Part shown: piece by piece, positions 1 to 9,054 of the stretch
Layout of the letters: each line of letters opens with the position of its first letter
Numbering within the stretch: position 1 is the stretch's first letter
Assembly: GCA_039000165.1 (NCBI GenBank)
Contig: JAWBTW010000005.1
Location: 981-64,980, forward strand
Direction: 5' to 3'
DNA: 64,000 nt
Origin: Candidatus Aenigmatarchaeota archaeon
GTDB lineage: Archaea > Aenigmatarchaeota > Aenigmatarchaeia > CG10238-14 > SCSR01
The notes under the pieces: model-generated
What the model saw: the letters and a program-made list of their open reading frames with translations, nothing else
Told to the model about the DNA's origin: nothing
Database searches by the model: none
Made by a program: the position numbers and the translations under genes

Positions 1-2
1 AA

Positions 3-158
3 GGTTCAGAAGCTCATAAGGCTGCAGTTGTTGGCGATACTGTAGGAGATCCTTTCAAGGATACTGCTGGCCCCTCGCTAAACACAATGATAACAGTAAT
101 GTCCTTAGTTTCTTCTGTCTTTGCTCCTCTTATAGTTTCTTATGCCTTGGCTTTCTGA
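3..158 (+). CDS. hppA: Membrane-bound ion-translocating pyrophosphatase, C-terminal fragment (gene starts before the window)
   Basis: Manual translation [51 protein letters not shown], which contains the mPPase [11 protein letters not shown] motif. Confidence 0.95.
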   Translation, partial: GSEAHKAAVVGDTVGDPFKDTAGPSLNTMITVMSLVSSVFAPLIVSYALAF

Positions 159-682
159 AACTTTTTCTTGTAAAGGTTATTAGCATAAACAACAATCTCT
201 TTTGCTTCCTTTGAATTTTTCCATTCTTTAAATTTACAGAATTTATGAGGCTCAAGCCTTTTATAAGTCTCAAAAAACTCCTGAATTTCCTTCAGCTTGT
301 GAGGATGAACATCCTTTATATCCTTTATTCCATCAAATCTTGCATCATTCAAAGGAACACAAAGAATTTTTGGATCTTCACCTTTTTCATCTTCTATTAT
401 CAAAGCTCCTATAACTCTTGCTTTTACTATACAACCAACTTCTAAAGGCTCATAGCTTAAGACTAAAGCATCTAAAGGGTCTTCATCATTAAACCAAGTT
501 TGGGGAATAAAACCATATTCTACAGGAAATACAACAGAAGAAGGAATTATTCTATCAAGAACAAGCTCATCCCACTCTATATTATATTCATACTTGTCTC
601 TCGAACCGCTTATACATTCAATAACAACATTAACTATTTCTGGTGGCTTTTCGCCTAAGGGAATTTTATGCAAAATGCTCAT
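140..682 (-). CDS. ppa: Soluble family I inorganic pyrophosphatase
   Basis: [19 protein letters not shown] (DxDPxD), EDPK and FFETYK motifs. Confidence 0.97.
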   Translation of the reverse strand: MSILHKIPLGEKPPEIVNVVIECISGSRDKYEYNIEWDELVLDRIIPSSVVFPVEYGFIPQTWFNDEDPLDALVLSYEPLEVGCIVKARVIGALIIEDEKGEDPKILCVPLNDARFDGIKDIKDVHPHKLKEIQEFFETYKRLEPHKFCKFKEWKNSKEAKEIVVYANNLYKKKFQKAKA

Positions 683-776
683 AGCTATTTAATTTCTTTT
701 TGATACTTTAAATTTTTTGCTTTAAAAGGCGAAGAAAGAGTCAAAAATTTTTAATAATAAAAAACAAAAAAATATT

Positions 777-2339
777 GTGAAAAATCTGAAAGTAGTTAAA
801 TTAATTTTCTTTTCTTTACTTTTTCTCTGTTTATCACTTACGAAAGTGCTTGCTGATGGGGTTTTATTCGTTAAGTCTTACGAAAGAGAGGAATGGTTAC
901 CTTCAGTTCAAACCCAACAAATCTCTGTAATAGATTTTAGTGACGAAAAAGAAAGTTTATTGATTTCTATCAAAGGAGATTTAAAAGGAGAAAAATTAGT
1001 CTGGTTATTTCCTATTCCTGCAGAGCCTCAGAGTGTTAAGATAGACGTGATTAAAAATTTTCCAACTTTTAGTGGTTATGAAGTAAAAAGTAGAGTAGGA
1101 TATGAAGTTGATAGAATCTTTCCAATTTTTACTTTCTCACAAGGTTATCCTATTTTTTATTATTTTTTTGGGGCTTTCAGTTTTGGGGGAGTAGCAAAAA
1201 CTGAAGGATTTGAAGAAGAAAGGGGTGTAGTAATCCATGAACACTTAGAAAAAGCTGGAATTTCGGTTGAGTTAGTAAGTGCAGAAGATAGTAGCAAATT
1301 CCTAAGTTATTTGAACGAGAAAGGCTTGGTCCTTCCAAACTCTTTGGTTGAAGAATATATAGGAAAGAAATATTCCTTTGTAGTGGGTTGGGTATCTGAT
1401 GTAGAAAAATATAAAATAGAAACAGAAGGAAGCTTATTAGGTCTTAAAATCGAATTCCCTACAAAGAAAATTTATTATCCATTGAAATTGACATCCTTGT
1501 ATGGAAATCAAAAAATACCTATCAGAATTTATGTTCTAGGTCATGTTTCGCCTGAAATTTTCGATAGTATAGCTAATTCAACTAAGGTTAGCTATTATAT
1601 AAATGATACAACACAAATCAAATACACAAAAATACAAATAAATTCAAATTCTAACTTGCTTACTCAAGACTTATGGATTGGCTCTTCCTCTCCTTTAGAA
1701 ATTTCATTTGCTGCTCTGATTTTGTTTAGCCCACCTCTTTTTATGGGAATAGTTTTTATATTATGTTCTATAATAGCAAGCATTGTTTCGGGTTTAATTG
1801 TTTTCAAAAGAAAATTATCTATCAAAACATTAACTCTCTTAGGAATAACCAATTTACTTACTATAATTGGAGTTTTTATATCTTCCTTAGTTCTCATCAA
1901 GAGAAAAGAGAAAAAAATATTGAAATCCTTAGGGATATTTATAATGCTTGGTGTTTTGTGTGTAATTTTGTATTTAACTTCAGCTTTTTTTACCCTGTCT
2001 ATAGCTTTTATTTTTGCTTTATTTGTTGGTCTAGTATTTCTGGGAGTAGTAGTTTATGTTATAATTACTGCCCCTGAAATTTTAGGATATACGATTTTAT
2101 TCAGCATAATCTTTATTATTCTCTTTTCTTCAGTATACGTATCATTAATAACTTTGTATCCATATAAGGTAAGTAGAAGTTTATGGTGGTGTGAAAGTAA
2201 AATAAGAGAATTTTGTACTATGTGGGCTATGGGAAGAGTTTCTGACCCGTCTTTCTGGGAAGACTTTGCACCCGAATGTAACTTTCCTGTGGATGAATCT
2301 GTTTGTATACAGTTTGGAATAGAAATTCCACATGCTTAA
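777..2339 (+). CDS. Membrane protein with signal peptide, DUF2330-like extracellular domain, about 5 TM helices and a Cys-containing tail
   Basis: N-terminal hydrophobic leader, WLFPIP and YYPLKLTS motifs reminiscent of DUF2330, hydrophobic C-terminal third. Confidence 0.6.
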   Translation: MKNLKVVKLIFFSLLFLCLSLTKVLADGVLFVKSYEREEWLPSVQTQQISVIDFSDEKESLLISIKGDLKGEKLVWLFPIPAEPQSVKIDVIKNFPTFSGYEVKSRVGYEVDRIFPIFTFSQGYPIFYYFFGAFSFGGVAKTEGFEEERGVVIHEHLEKAGISVELVSAEDSSKFLSYLNEKGLVLPNSLVEEYIGKKYSFVVGWVSDVEKYKIETEGSLLGLKIEFPTKKIYYPLKLTSLYGNQKIPIRIYVLGHVSPEIFDSIANSTKVSYYINDTTQIKYTKIQINSNSNLLTQDLWIGSSSPLEISFAALILFSPPLFMGIVFILCSIIASIVSGLIVFKRKLSIKTLTLLGITNLLTIIGVFISSLVLIKRKEKKILKSLGIFIMLGVLCVILYLTSAFFTLSIAFIFALFVGLVFLGVVVYVIITAPEILGYTILFSIIFIILFSSVYVSLITLYPYKVSRSLWWCESKIREFCTMWAMGRVSDPSFWEDFAPECNFPVDESVCIQFGIEIPHA

Positions 2340-3200
2340 TTAGTACTTAATAATTTGTTTAACTACACTATGTATTTCTTCTATAAGGTTACTTGCAGTC
2401 AAAGATTCAGAATATTTTTTTGCTGCAAGTTCGCCAGCCTTCCCATTCAAGTAAGCTGCAGCACAAGCCGAAGTAAAAACATCATTTCCTCTAGCCAAAT
2501 AAGCCCCTAAAATTCCTGCTAAGGTATCTCCTAGGCCACCTTTAGTTAAGGCTGGCGACCCAGTTTTATTCAAAGCAACTTCCCTTCCGTTTGAAATAAC
2601 ATCTACATGACCTTTTAAAAGAATAGTTGTCTTAAGCTTCGCTGCAGTTTCTTTCACAACTTTAATTCTTTGGTTTAAATCATTACCAACTTGGATTCCT
2701 GAAAGAACCAAAAGCTCGTGAACATGAGGAGTTAAAACAAAATTTTTGTTCTTCAAAACTTCTTTTTTTGTTGCTACTGCATGGATAGCATCAGCATCTA
2801 TTACTGCTGGAATATCTATTTTTTCTAAATACTCAACAACAGTTTCCAAGACTTCTTTTTCTCTTGTTAGTCCACCTCCAATAACAACAGCATTTTTGTT
2901 GTGGGTAAACTTTAACAACTCTTCCAAATGCTCTTTACAAAGATGGTCTCCTTTTAAAGGGTAGGCTATCAAGTCTGGAGCAAAAGAAGCTATTATGTTT
3001 GCTGCCCTTTCAGGAGCTAAGATAGTAACTAAATCGACACCTGCTCTTAAAGCTGCTAAAGCGTTGAAGGCTGGCGAGCCAGAATAATGTTTGCTCCCTC
3101 CTATTACTAGTAAGTGGCCAAAATTATACTTGTGACTCCAAGGTTCTCTCTTCTTGTAAATCTTTTTTAAAACACTTGCCTTTATTTCCAAGTAACCCAT
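2340..3200 (-). CDS. nnrD: ADP-dependent NAD(P)H-hydrate dehydratase (YjeF C-domain)
   Basis: SHKYNFGHLLVIGGS, VIDADA, LTPHxxEL, LLKG, GGLGDTLAG. Confidence 0.95.
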   Translation of the reverse strand: MGYLEIKASVLKKIYKKREPWSHKYNFGHLLVIGGSKHYSGSPAFNALAALRAGVDLVTILAPERAANIIASFAPDLIAYPLKGDHLCKEHLEELLKFTHNKNAVVIGGGLTREKEVLETVVEYLEKIDIPAVIDADAIHAVATKKEVLKNKNFVLTPHVHELLVLSGIQVGNDLNQRIKVVKETAAKLKTTILLKGHVDVISNGREVALNKTGSPALTKGGLGDTLAGILGAYLARGNDVFTSACAAAYLNGKAGELAAKKYSESLTASNLIEEIHSVVKQIIKY

Positions 3201-3245
3201 AAAAATTATTATTAAATCAGAACTAATTAATTTTTAAGATAAACT

Positions 3246-4046
3246 ATGATTAAAACTCCTAAGGATGTTGCTGAAGAAGCAGTAGAAGTTTTCGCATCGA
3301 AAGCTACTCAAAGCGCTAAAAAAATTTTTATTCTTTCCTTTCTTGCAGGAGTTTTTATTGCTTTTGGTGCCGAGCTTTCAACCATAGTTTCCTTTGACTT
3401 AAGAAATTTTAGCCTAGGTTTTTCAAGATTTTTGGCAGGAAGTGTTTTCTCTTTTGGTTTAATGCTTGTTGTTCTTACAGGTGCAGAGCTTTTTACCGGA
3501 AACTGCTTGATGGTAATTCCTTTGCTTAAGGGAGAAATAACTAAAAAACAATTTTTGAAAAGCTGGGCAATAGTATACTTGGGAAATTTTTTGGGCTCCT
3601 TATTCTTTTCTTTCCTAATCTTCTTTTCAGGAATATATAATAATGCTATAGCAAGTTATGCAGTAGAGATTGCTGCTAATAAAACAAACCTAAGCTTTTT
3701 AGAAGCCTTTTTAAGAGGGGTAGCTTGCAACTGGCTTGTAGCGTTAGCGGTATGGCTTGCTTTAACAGGAAGCAATATGCTGGAAAAAATGGTTGGAATT
3801 TACTTTCCAATAATGGCTTTTGTTGCTTCTGGTTTTGAGCATAGCATAGCAAACATGTTTTTCATTCCCTTAGGAATTTTGCTTAAGGATTCTGTTTCAG
3901 TTCCGATAGATATAGCAAACCTTACACTTGAGGGTTTTTTCCTGAGAAATTTAATTCCAGTAACACTTGGCAATATTGTAGGTGGAGCAATTTTTGTCGG
4001 CTTGATTTACTGGTACATTTATCTTAAGGAAGAGATAATTTTATAG
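3246..4046 (+). CDS. Formate/nitrite transporter (FNT, FocA/FdhC family)
   Basis: LAGVFIAFG, GAELFTGN, LGNFLG, ACNWLVALA, FEHSIANM, LGNIVGG. Confidence 0.95.
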   Translation: MIKTPKDVAEEAVEVFASKATQSAKKIFILSFLAGVFIAFGAELSTIVSFDLRNFSLGFSRFLAGSVFSFGLMLVVLTGAELFTGNCLMVIPLLKGEITKKQFLKSWAIVYLGNFLGSLFFSFLIFFSGIYNNAIASYAVEIAANKTNLSFLEAFLRGVACNWLVALAVWLALTGSNMLEKMVGIYFPIMAFVASGFEHSIANMFFIPLGILLKDSVSVPIDIANLTLEGFFLRNLIPVTLGNIVGGAIFVGLIYWYIYLKEEIIL

Positions 4047-4062
4047 TATAAGGGGTGATGAG

Positions 4063-5100
4063 TTGACGATAAAGGTTGCTGTTAATGGAATAGGAACAAT
4101 AGGAAAAAGAGTTGCCCATGCCATAAAATTGCAGGATGATATGAAGCTTGTAGCTATAGCAGATGTAGCAGCAACTTCTTGGCTAAGAACAGTCCTAGAG
4201 CCAGAAGGTCCTTTGTACAAAACTGACTTGTATGCTTCGAATAAAGAAGGTTTAGAAGCTATGAGAAATGCAGGAATGTTCGTTAACGGCTTACTAGAGG
4301 ATTTACTAGCTTCAAAGAAAGTTGATGTTGTTGTTGATTGTACGCCTGCAGGAATAGGCGCAAAAAACAAGCCTTTATACGAAAAGTATGGAGTAAAAGT
4401 GGTTTACCAGGGAGGAGAGGAAGCTAATGTGGCTCAAGTTAGCTTTGTTGCTATAGCAAATTATGAAAAAGCTTTAAACGCTAACTCAGTAAGAGTTGTT
4501 AGCTGTAACACAACTTCCTTAGCAAGGACACTTTACGCTCTAGACAAAGAGTTTGGTGTAGAAGAAGTTTTAGCAGTTTTGGTAAGAAGAGCTACAGACC
4601 CTTGGGATGAAAAACCAGGACCAATAAATGCTGTAGTACCAGAAGTTCACATTCCATCGCATCAAGGTCCTGACTTACAAACGGTAATGCCCCATATAAA
4701 TATAACCACAATGGCATGCAAAGTTCCTTCCACCTTAGCTCACACGCACTTTGTTAGCGGGACTCTCAAAAGAAAAGCTTCTGTAGATGAAATAAAAAAT
4801 GCCCTAGAGAAAGCAGGAAGAATAGTTCTTCTAAAAGCTTCTCATGGTTATACAGCAACCTCAAGAATTATCGAAAGATATAGAGACTTGTGTAGACCAA
4901 GATACGATATGTACGAAGTAGCTATTTGGGACGAATCAATAACAGTAAAAGATAAGAAATTCTACTGGATTCATGCAGTTCATTCAGAAGCTATAGTAAT
5001 TCCAGAGAACATAGATGCAATAAGAGCAATAACAGGTATAGAGAAAGATAAGTTCAAGAGCATAGAAAAAACAAACAAATCGCTTGGGATCAAGTGTTAA
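4063..5100 (+). CDS. gap: Archaeal type II glyceraldehyde-3-phosphate dehydrogenase
   Basis: NGIGTIGKRVA, VVSCNTT catalytic Cys, PSHQGPD, VIPENIDAIRA; GGGGTGA SD before TTG start. Confidence 0.97.
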   Translation: MTIKVAVNGIGTIGKRVAHAIKLQDDMKLVAIADVAATSWLRTVLEPEGPLYKTDLYASNKEGLEAMRNAGMFVNGLLEDLLASKKVDVVVDCTPAGIGAKNKPLYEKYGVKVVYQGGEEANVAQVSFVAIANYEKALNANSVRVVSCNTTSLARTLYALDKEFGVEEVLAVLVRRATDPWDEKPGPINAVVPEVHIPSHQGPDLQTVMPHINITTMACKVPSTLAHTHFVSGTLKRKASVDEIKNALEKAGRIVLLKASHGYTATSRIIERYRDLCRPRYDMYEVAIWDESITVKDKKFYWIHAVHSEAIVIPENIDAIRAITGIEKDKFKSIEKTNKSLGIKC

Positions 5101-6347
5101 GAATGGAATTTTTAACTTTAGATGAGGCTAAAGTAGCCAACAAAACAGTTTTGTTAAGAGTAGACATTAACGTTCCTTATGACTTGGAGAAAAAACAAAT
5201 AGAAGATTCAGAAAGAATAAGGGAGCATGCAAAAACTATTAGAGAGCTTTCTGATAAAAAAGCAAAAGTAGTTATTCTTGCGCATCAAGGAAGAAAAGGG
5301 GACCCAGACTTTATTCATTTGAATCAACACGCAAAGCTTTTATCAAAGTATGTAGGAAAGGAAGTTCAGTTTGTCGACGATATAATAGGAGAAAAAGCAG
5401 TAAAAAGAATAAAATCTCTTAAGCCAGGAGAAGTTTTGCTTTTGGATAACGTTAGGTTTTTAGACGAAGAAACCGAAGAAAAGAGCCCAAAAGAACATGC
5501 AAAAAGCAATTTGGTAAAAAAGCTTTCTAGGCTTGCAGACATTTTTGTTAACGACGCTTTTTCTGCTTCTCATAGAAGCCACGCTTCCATAGTTGGTTTT
5601 ACAGAAGTTTTGCCAAGCTATGCAGGCAGAGTAATGGAAAAAGAGCTTAAATCAGAAGAAAGAGCTTTAGACCCTTTAGGAACAAACGTTTTTGTTCTTG
5701 GAGGAGCAAAACCTGATGATTGCTTGAATATAATAGATTACATGTTTAAAAACAAACCTGGCTCAATAGAAAAAGTTTTGACTTGTGGCACAGTAGGAGA
5801 AATATTCCTTGCAGCAAAAGGTTATGATTTAGGTAAGGAAACAAAAGAGTTTTTTGCAAAAAAAGGTTTTGATAAGCTCATAGAACAAGCGAAAGGTTTG
5901 CTCCAAAATTACGAGCTTGAAATAGAGTTGCCTGTAGATGTTGCTTTCGAAGAAAATGGAACAAGAAAAGAAATTCGAGTAGAAAATTTGCCTGTTGAAA
6001 AACTTTTGCAAGATATAGGTAGTGAAACAGCTAAGAAATACTCCGAGATAATAAAAAAGGCAAGAACTGTTGTGGTTAAAGGGCCTGCAGGAGTTTATGA
6101 GAAGCAAGGATTTGAGGTTGGCACAAAGCTTATCCTCGAAGCTATAGCAAACTCAAAAGCATTTTCTTTAATTGGTGGAGGAGATACCCTAGTTGCCATA
6201 GAAAAATTGGGAATAGATAAAAACAAATTCTCTTACATAAGCCTAGGTGGAGGAGCTCTAATAACTTCCCTTTCAGGAAAAGGAATGCCAGGGGTCGAAG
6301 CTTTAATTAAAGCAGCTAAAAAAGTTAAAAAGAAAAAGAGGAAGTAA
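5094..6347 (+). CDS. pgk: Phosphoglycerate kinase (start could be ATG 5103)
   Basis: RVDINVP, AHQGR, NDAFSASHRSHAS, LGGAK, GGGDT, SLGGGA. Confidence 0.97.
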   Translation: MLRMEFLTLDEAKVANKTVLLRVDINVPYDLEKKQIEDSERIREHAKTIRELSDKKAKVVILAHQGRKGDPDFIHLNQHAKLLSKYVGKEVQFVDDIIGEKAVKRIKSLKPGEVLLLDNVRFLDEETEEKSPKEHAKSNLVKKLSRLADIFVNDAFSASHRSHASIVGFTEVLPSYAGRVMEKELKSEERALDPLGTNVFVLGGAKPDDCLNIIDYMFKNKPGSIEKVLTCGTVGEIFLAAKGYDLGKETKEFFAKKGFDKLIEQAKGLLQNYELEIELPVDVAFEENGTRKEIRVENLPVEKLLQDIGSETAKKYSEIIKKARTVVVKGPAGVYEKQGFEVGTKLILEAIANSKAFSLIGGGDTLVAIEKLGIDKNKFSYISLGGGALITSLSGKGMPGVEALIKAAKKVKKKKRK

Positions 6348-6388
6348 TTTTTTTTAATTTTCCAGCTATCATTTTAAGTAGTGATTGA

Positions 6389-6667
6389 ATGAAGAAAGTA
6401 AGAATTCATGTTTTTATTTCTGGCTTAGTTCAAGGTGTAAACTTTAGATACAACACAAAAAAATTTGCAGAAGGTTTGGGAATTACAGGTTGGGTAAGGA
6501 ACTTAAAAGACGGAAGAGTAGAAGTTGTGGCAGAAGGAAGTGAAGTAAGAATAAAGCATTTCTTAGATTTTCTTAAAAAAGGACCACCAGGCTCAAAAGT
6601 TGTAAACGTTGAAGTAATAGAAGAAGAATATAAAGGTGAATTTAAGTTTTTTGACATTCTTTACTAA
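6389..6667 (+). CDS. acyP: Acylphosphatase
   Basis: GLVQGVNFR and GWVRNLKDGRVE signatures. Confidence 0.95.
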   Translation: MKKVRIHVFISGLVQGVNFRYNTKKFAEGLGITGWVRNLKDGRVEVVAEGSEVRIKHFLDFLKKGPPGSKVVNVEVIEEEYKGEFKFFDILY

Positions 6668-6960
6668 ATTTTCTTAAGAAGTTCCAGCATTATCTTGTTT
6701 CTTAGTTCAGAATCTTTCAAAACTTCTTCTATAAGCTTTTCCTTGAAATTTTTTAGGTCAAGGGAAGAAAATATAAGCTCTGCTATTTTCTTACTTACTT
6801 CTTCATTATTTTTTGCTGTTTCTATGAAAGAGCTTAAGGCTTTCTCTGTTATATCGGTTTTAACTTCCTGTTTAACTTCTTCTTTTTTCTCAGAATCCTC
6901 AAAAACAATCTTTACTTTTGCTGGAACTTCTTCTTTTTTTGGAATCTTTATTTCTGGCAT
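6664..6960 (-). CDS. Hypothetical helical protein
   Basis: 98-aa ORF with typical K/E-rich composition and ATG start, filling the gap between genes. Confidence 0.65.
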   Translation of the reverse strand: MPEIKIPKKEEVPAKVKIVFEDSEKKEEVKQEVKTDITEKALSSFIETAKNNEEVSKKIAELIFSSLDLKNFKEKLIEEVLKDSELRNKIMLELLKKI

Positions 6961-7013
6961 AACAAAAAAATAAAACCTTAAACTTTAAATCCTTAACTCT
7001 TTTCTTCTAAGTT

Positions 7014-7187
7014 ATGGAAGATTTAAAGCCATTTATAGAAGAGTTGATTTTTAAAATAAAAAGTGATGAGGAATTTTTCAGGGAGTTTATTAGCTTTCTC
7101 AAAAGGTTTGGAAAGAGAGAAATATTATTAAGGATGGTAAAGAAAATTCTTTTAGATTCTTGTAAAAATTTAAAATTTAGCGAATAG
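7014..7187 (+). CDS. Small hypothetical protein (57 aa), not in the ORF track
   Basis: Manual translation MEDLKPFIEELIFKIKSDEEFFREFISFLKRFGKREILLRMVKKILLDSCKNLKFSE*; shares a motif with the divergent neighbour. Confidence 0.5.
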   Translation: MEDLKPFIEELIFKIKSDEEFFREFISFLKRFGKREILLRMVKKILLDSCKNLKFSE

Positions 7188-7845
7188 CTTTTGCAAAATC
7201 CTCTAGAACTCTTTTTGGATTTCTAGCTTTTACTACTCCAGAAGCAACAAGAACTCCTTTTGTTCCTAAGTCTAAAGCTTTTTTAACGTCTTCTCCGTTA
7301 GTTATTCCTGCTCCGCACAAAACTTTTATTTCTGGTTCAATTTTGTAGATCTCTTCGACAAATTCTTTAACACTATCAGGCTTTACTTTTGATATAGCCT
7401 TTCCACTTCCGATTAAAATTGGATCCTCGTAAGCTATAAAATTCGGCTTAAATTTTGCGATTTCCTTTCCTTTTTCCAGACTATCGGCGCAAACTACTGA
7501 AATAAGCTTGTACTTCCTAAGCAATTCCACACATTTTCCTATTTCTTCTAATCCAATCTTTTTTTCTGAATGGTTTATCAAGCTTCCTTTTACTCCTATT
7601 TCTTTTAGAGCCAAGGGAGAAATATGCCCAGTAAAAGCTCCATACTCTATTGCGTCAACATGCTGAGCAAAAACCGGTATTTCAACTTTTCTTGCAAGAT
7701 AAAGGTCGGTAAATTGTGGAGCAATAGCTATGTTAATTCCATAGTTTCTTGCAACTTTCTCGCAAATTTTTGCTAGCTTCAAAGCTTTTTCTCCTGTAGC
7801 TTCTCTGTAGCATTTAAAGTTAACAAGTATTAAAGGAAGTTTCAT
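7177..7845 (-). CDS. tpiA: Archaeal triosephosphate isomerase
   Basis: ILVNFK, AQHVD, LINHSE, AYEDP, LCGAGI, GVLVASG. Confidence 0.97.
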   Translation of the reverse strand: MKLPLILVNFKCYREATGEKALKLAKICEKVARNYGINIAIAPQFTDLYLARKVEIPVFAQHVDAIEYGAFTGHISPLALKEIGVKGSLINHSEKKIGLEEIGKCVELLRKYKLISVVCADSLEKGKEIAKFKPNFIAYEDPILIGSGKAISKVKPDSVKEFVEEIYKIEPEIKVLCGAGITNGEDVKKALDLGTKGVLVASGVVKARNPKRVLEDFAKAIR

Positions 7846-7928
7846 TCTCTCAAATAATATTGAGGAGTTCTAAAATAAATTTTCTACCAAACGAGAAATA
7901 CTTAAGAATAGAAGTTTAAATAAAAAGT

Positions 7929-9050
7929 ATGAAAGATAGAATGACTATTTCACTTATAAAAGGTGATGTAGGTAGTGTATGTGGGCATCATACAGTTCAT
8001 CCAAAACAATTAGAGCTTGCAAAAGAATTGCTAGAAAAAGCGAAGAAAAAAGGAAAGATTATCGACTACTATGTTTTTAACTGTGGTGACGATTTGGAGT
8101 TACTTATGACTCATGAGAAAGGGGAAAATTCGCCAGAAATTCACGGATTAGCTTGGGAGATTCTGACAGAAGTTACAGAAAAAGTTTCAAATAAACTTCA
8201 TCTTTATGCTGCAGGGCAGGATATTCTCAAAGGAAAAGAAGTTTTTTCAGGAAATGTAAAAGGATTAGGCCCAGTAGCAGTAGAGCTTGAAATAGGTAAA
8301 GAAAGACCTTCTGAGCCATTTATAGTTCTTGCAGCAGACAAAGCTGAAGCAGGGGTATTTAATTACTACTTTTTTAATGTATTTGCTAATCCTTTAAACA
8401 CAGCAGGTCTTGTAATAGATCCAGAAATGCACGAAGGTTTTACTTTTAAAGTAGTTGATGTCATAGAGGGTAAATCGATTGAACTTTCTTGCCCTAATGA
8501 AATGTATGACTTATTAGCATTAATTGGAACTACAGGAAGATACCTTGTAGAAAGAGTTTGGAGGACAAAAGATAAATTATTAGCAGCAGTGGCAGGTATA
8601 AGTAGGTTAAGCCTCATAGCAGGAGTTTACAAAGGTAAGGATGACAATGCAGCAATAGTAAGATTACAGCTTGGATTACCTGCATTAGGAGAGGCTTTAG
8701 CACCATTTGCTATTCCTTACCTTACAAAAGGATGGATGCGAGGAAGCCATGTAGGTCCTCTAATGCCTTCTTCGCTTAGAGCATCAACACCTACTTACTT
8801 TGATGGTCCACCAAGAATAGTTTGTCTAGGTTTTAATTTATGTGAAGGTAAGCTTGTAGGGTTGAATGGAAACGAGCCTACAGATATATTTGCTGATACT
8901 TTCTTCGATGAGGTTAGAAGGAAAGCAAGCGAAATTGCGATTTATTTAAGACAGCACGGGGAGTTTGAACCAGAAAGGCTTGGAATGGAGGAGTTAGAAT
9001 ACACAGGAATAATGAAGACTTTAGAAAAACTCAAAGAGAGGTTCAAGTAA
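7929..9050 (+). CDS. fbp: Bifunctional fructose-1,6-bisphosphate aldolase/phosphatase (class V FBPase)
   Basis: KGDVGSxxGH, GDD, YAAGQD, ADK, YKGKDD (Schiff-base Lys), MRGSH, FDGPP, C-terminal EYT. Confidence 0.95.
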   Translation: MKDRMTISLIKGDVGSVCGHHTVHPKQLELAKELLEKAKKKGKIIDYYVFNCGDDLELLMTHEKGENSPEIHGLAWEILTEVTEKVSNKLHLYAAGQDILKGKEVFSGNVKGLGPVAVELEIGKERPSEPFIVLAADKAEAGVFNYYFFNVFANPLNTAGLVIDPEMHEGFTFKVVDVIEGKSIELSCPNEMYDLLALIGTTGRYLVERVWRTKDKLLAAVAGISRLSLIAGVYKGKDDNAAIVRLQLGLPALGEALAPFAIPYLTKGWMRGSHVGPLMPSSLRASTPTYFDGPPRIVCLGFNLCEGKLVGLNGNEPTDIFADTFFDEVRRKASEIAIYLRQHGEFEPERLGMEELEYTGIMKTLEKLKERFK

Positions 9051-9054
9051 TTTT

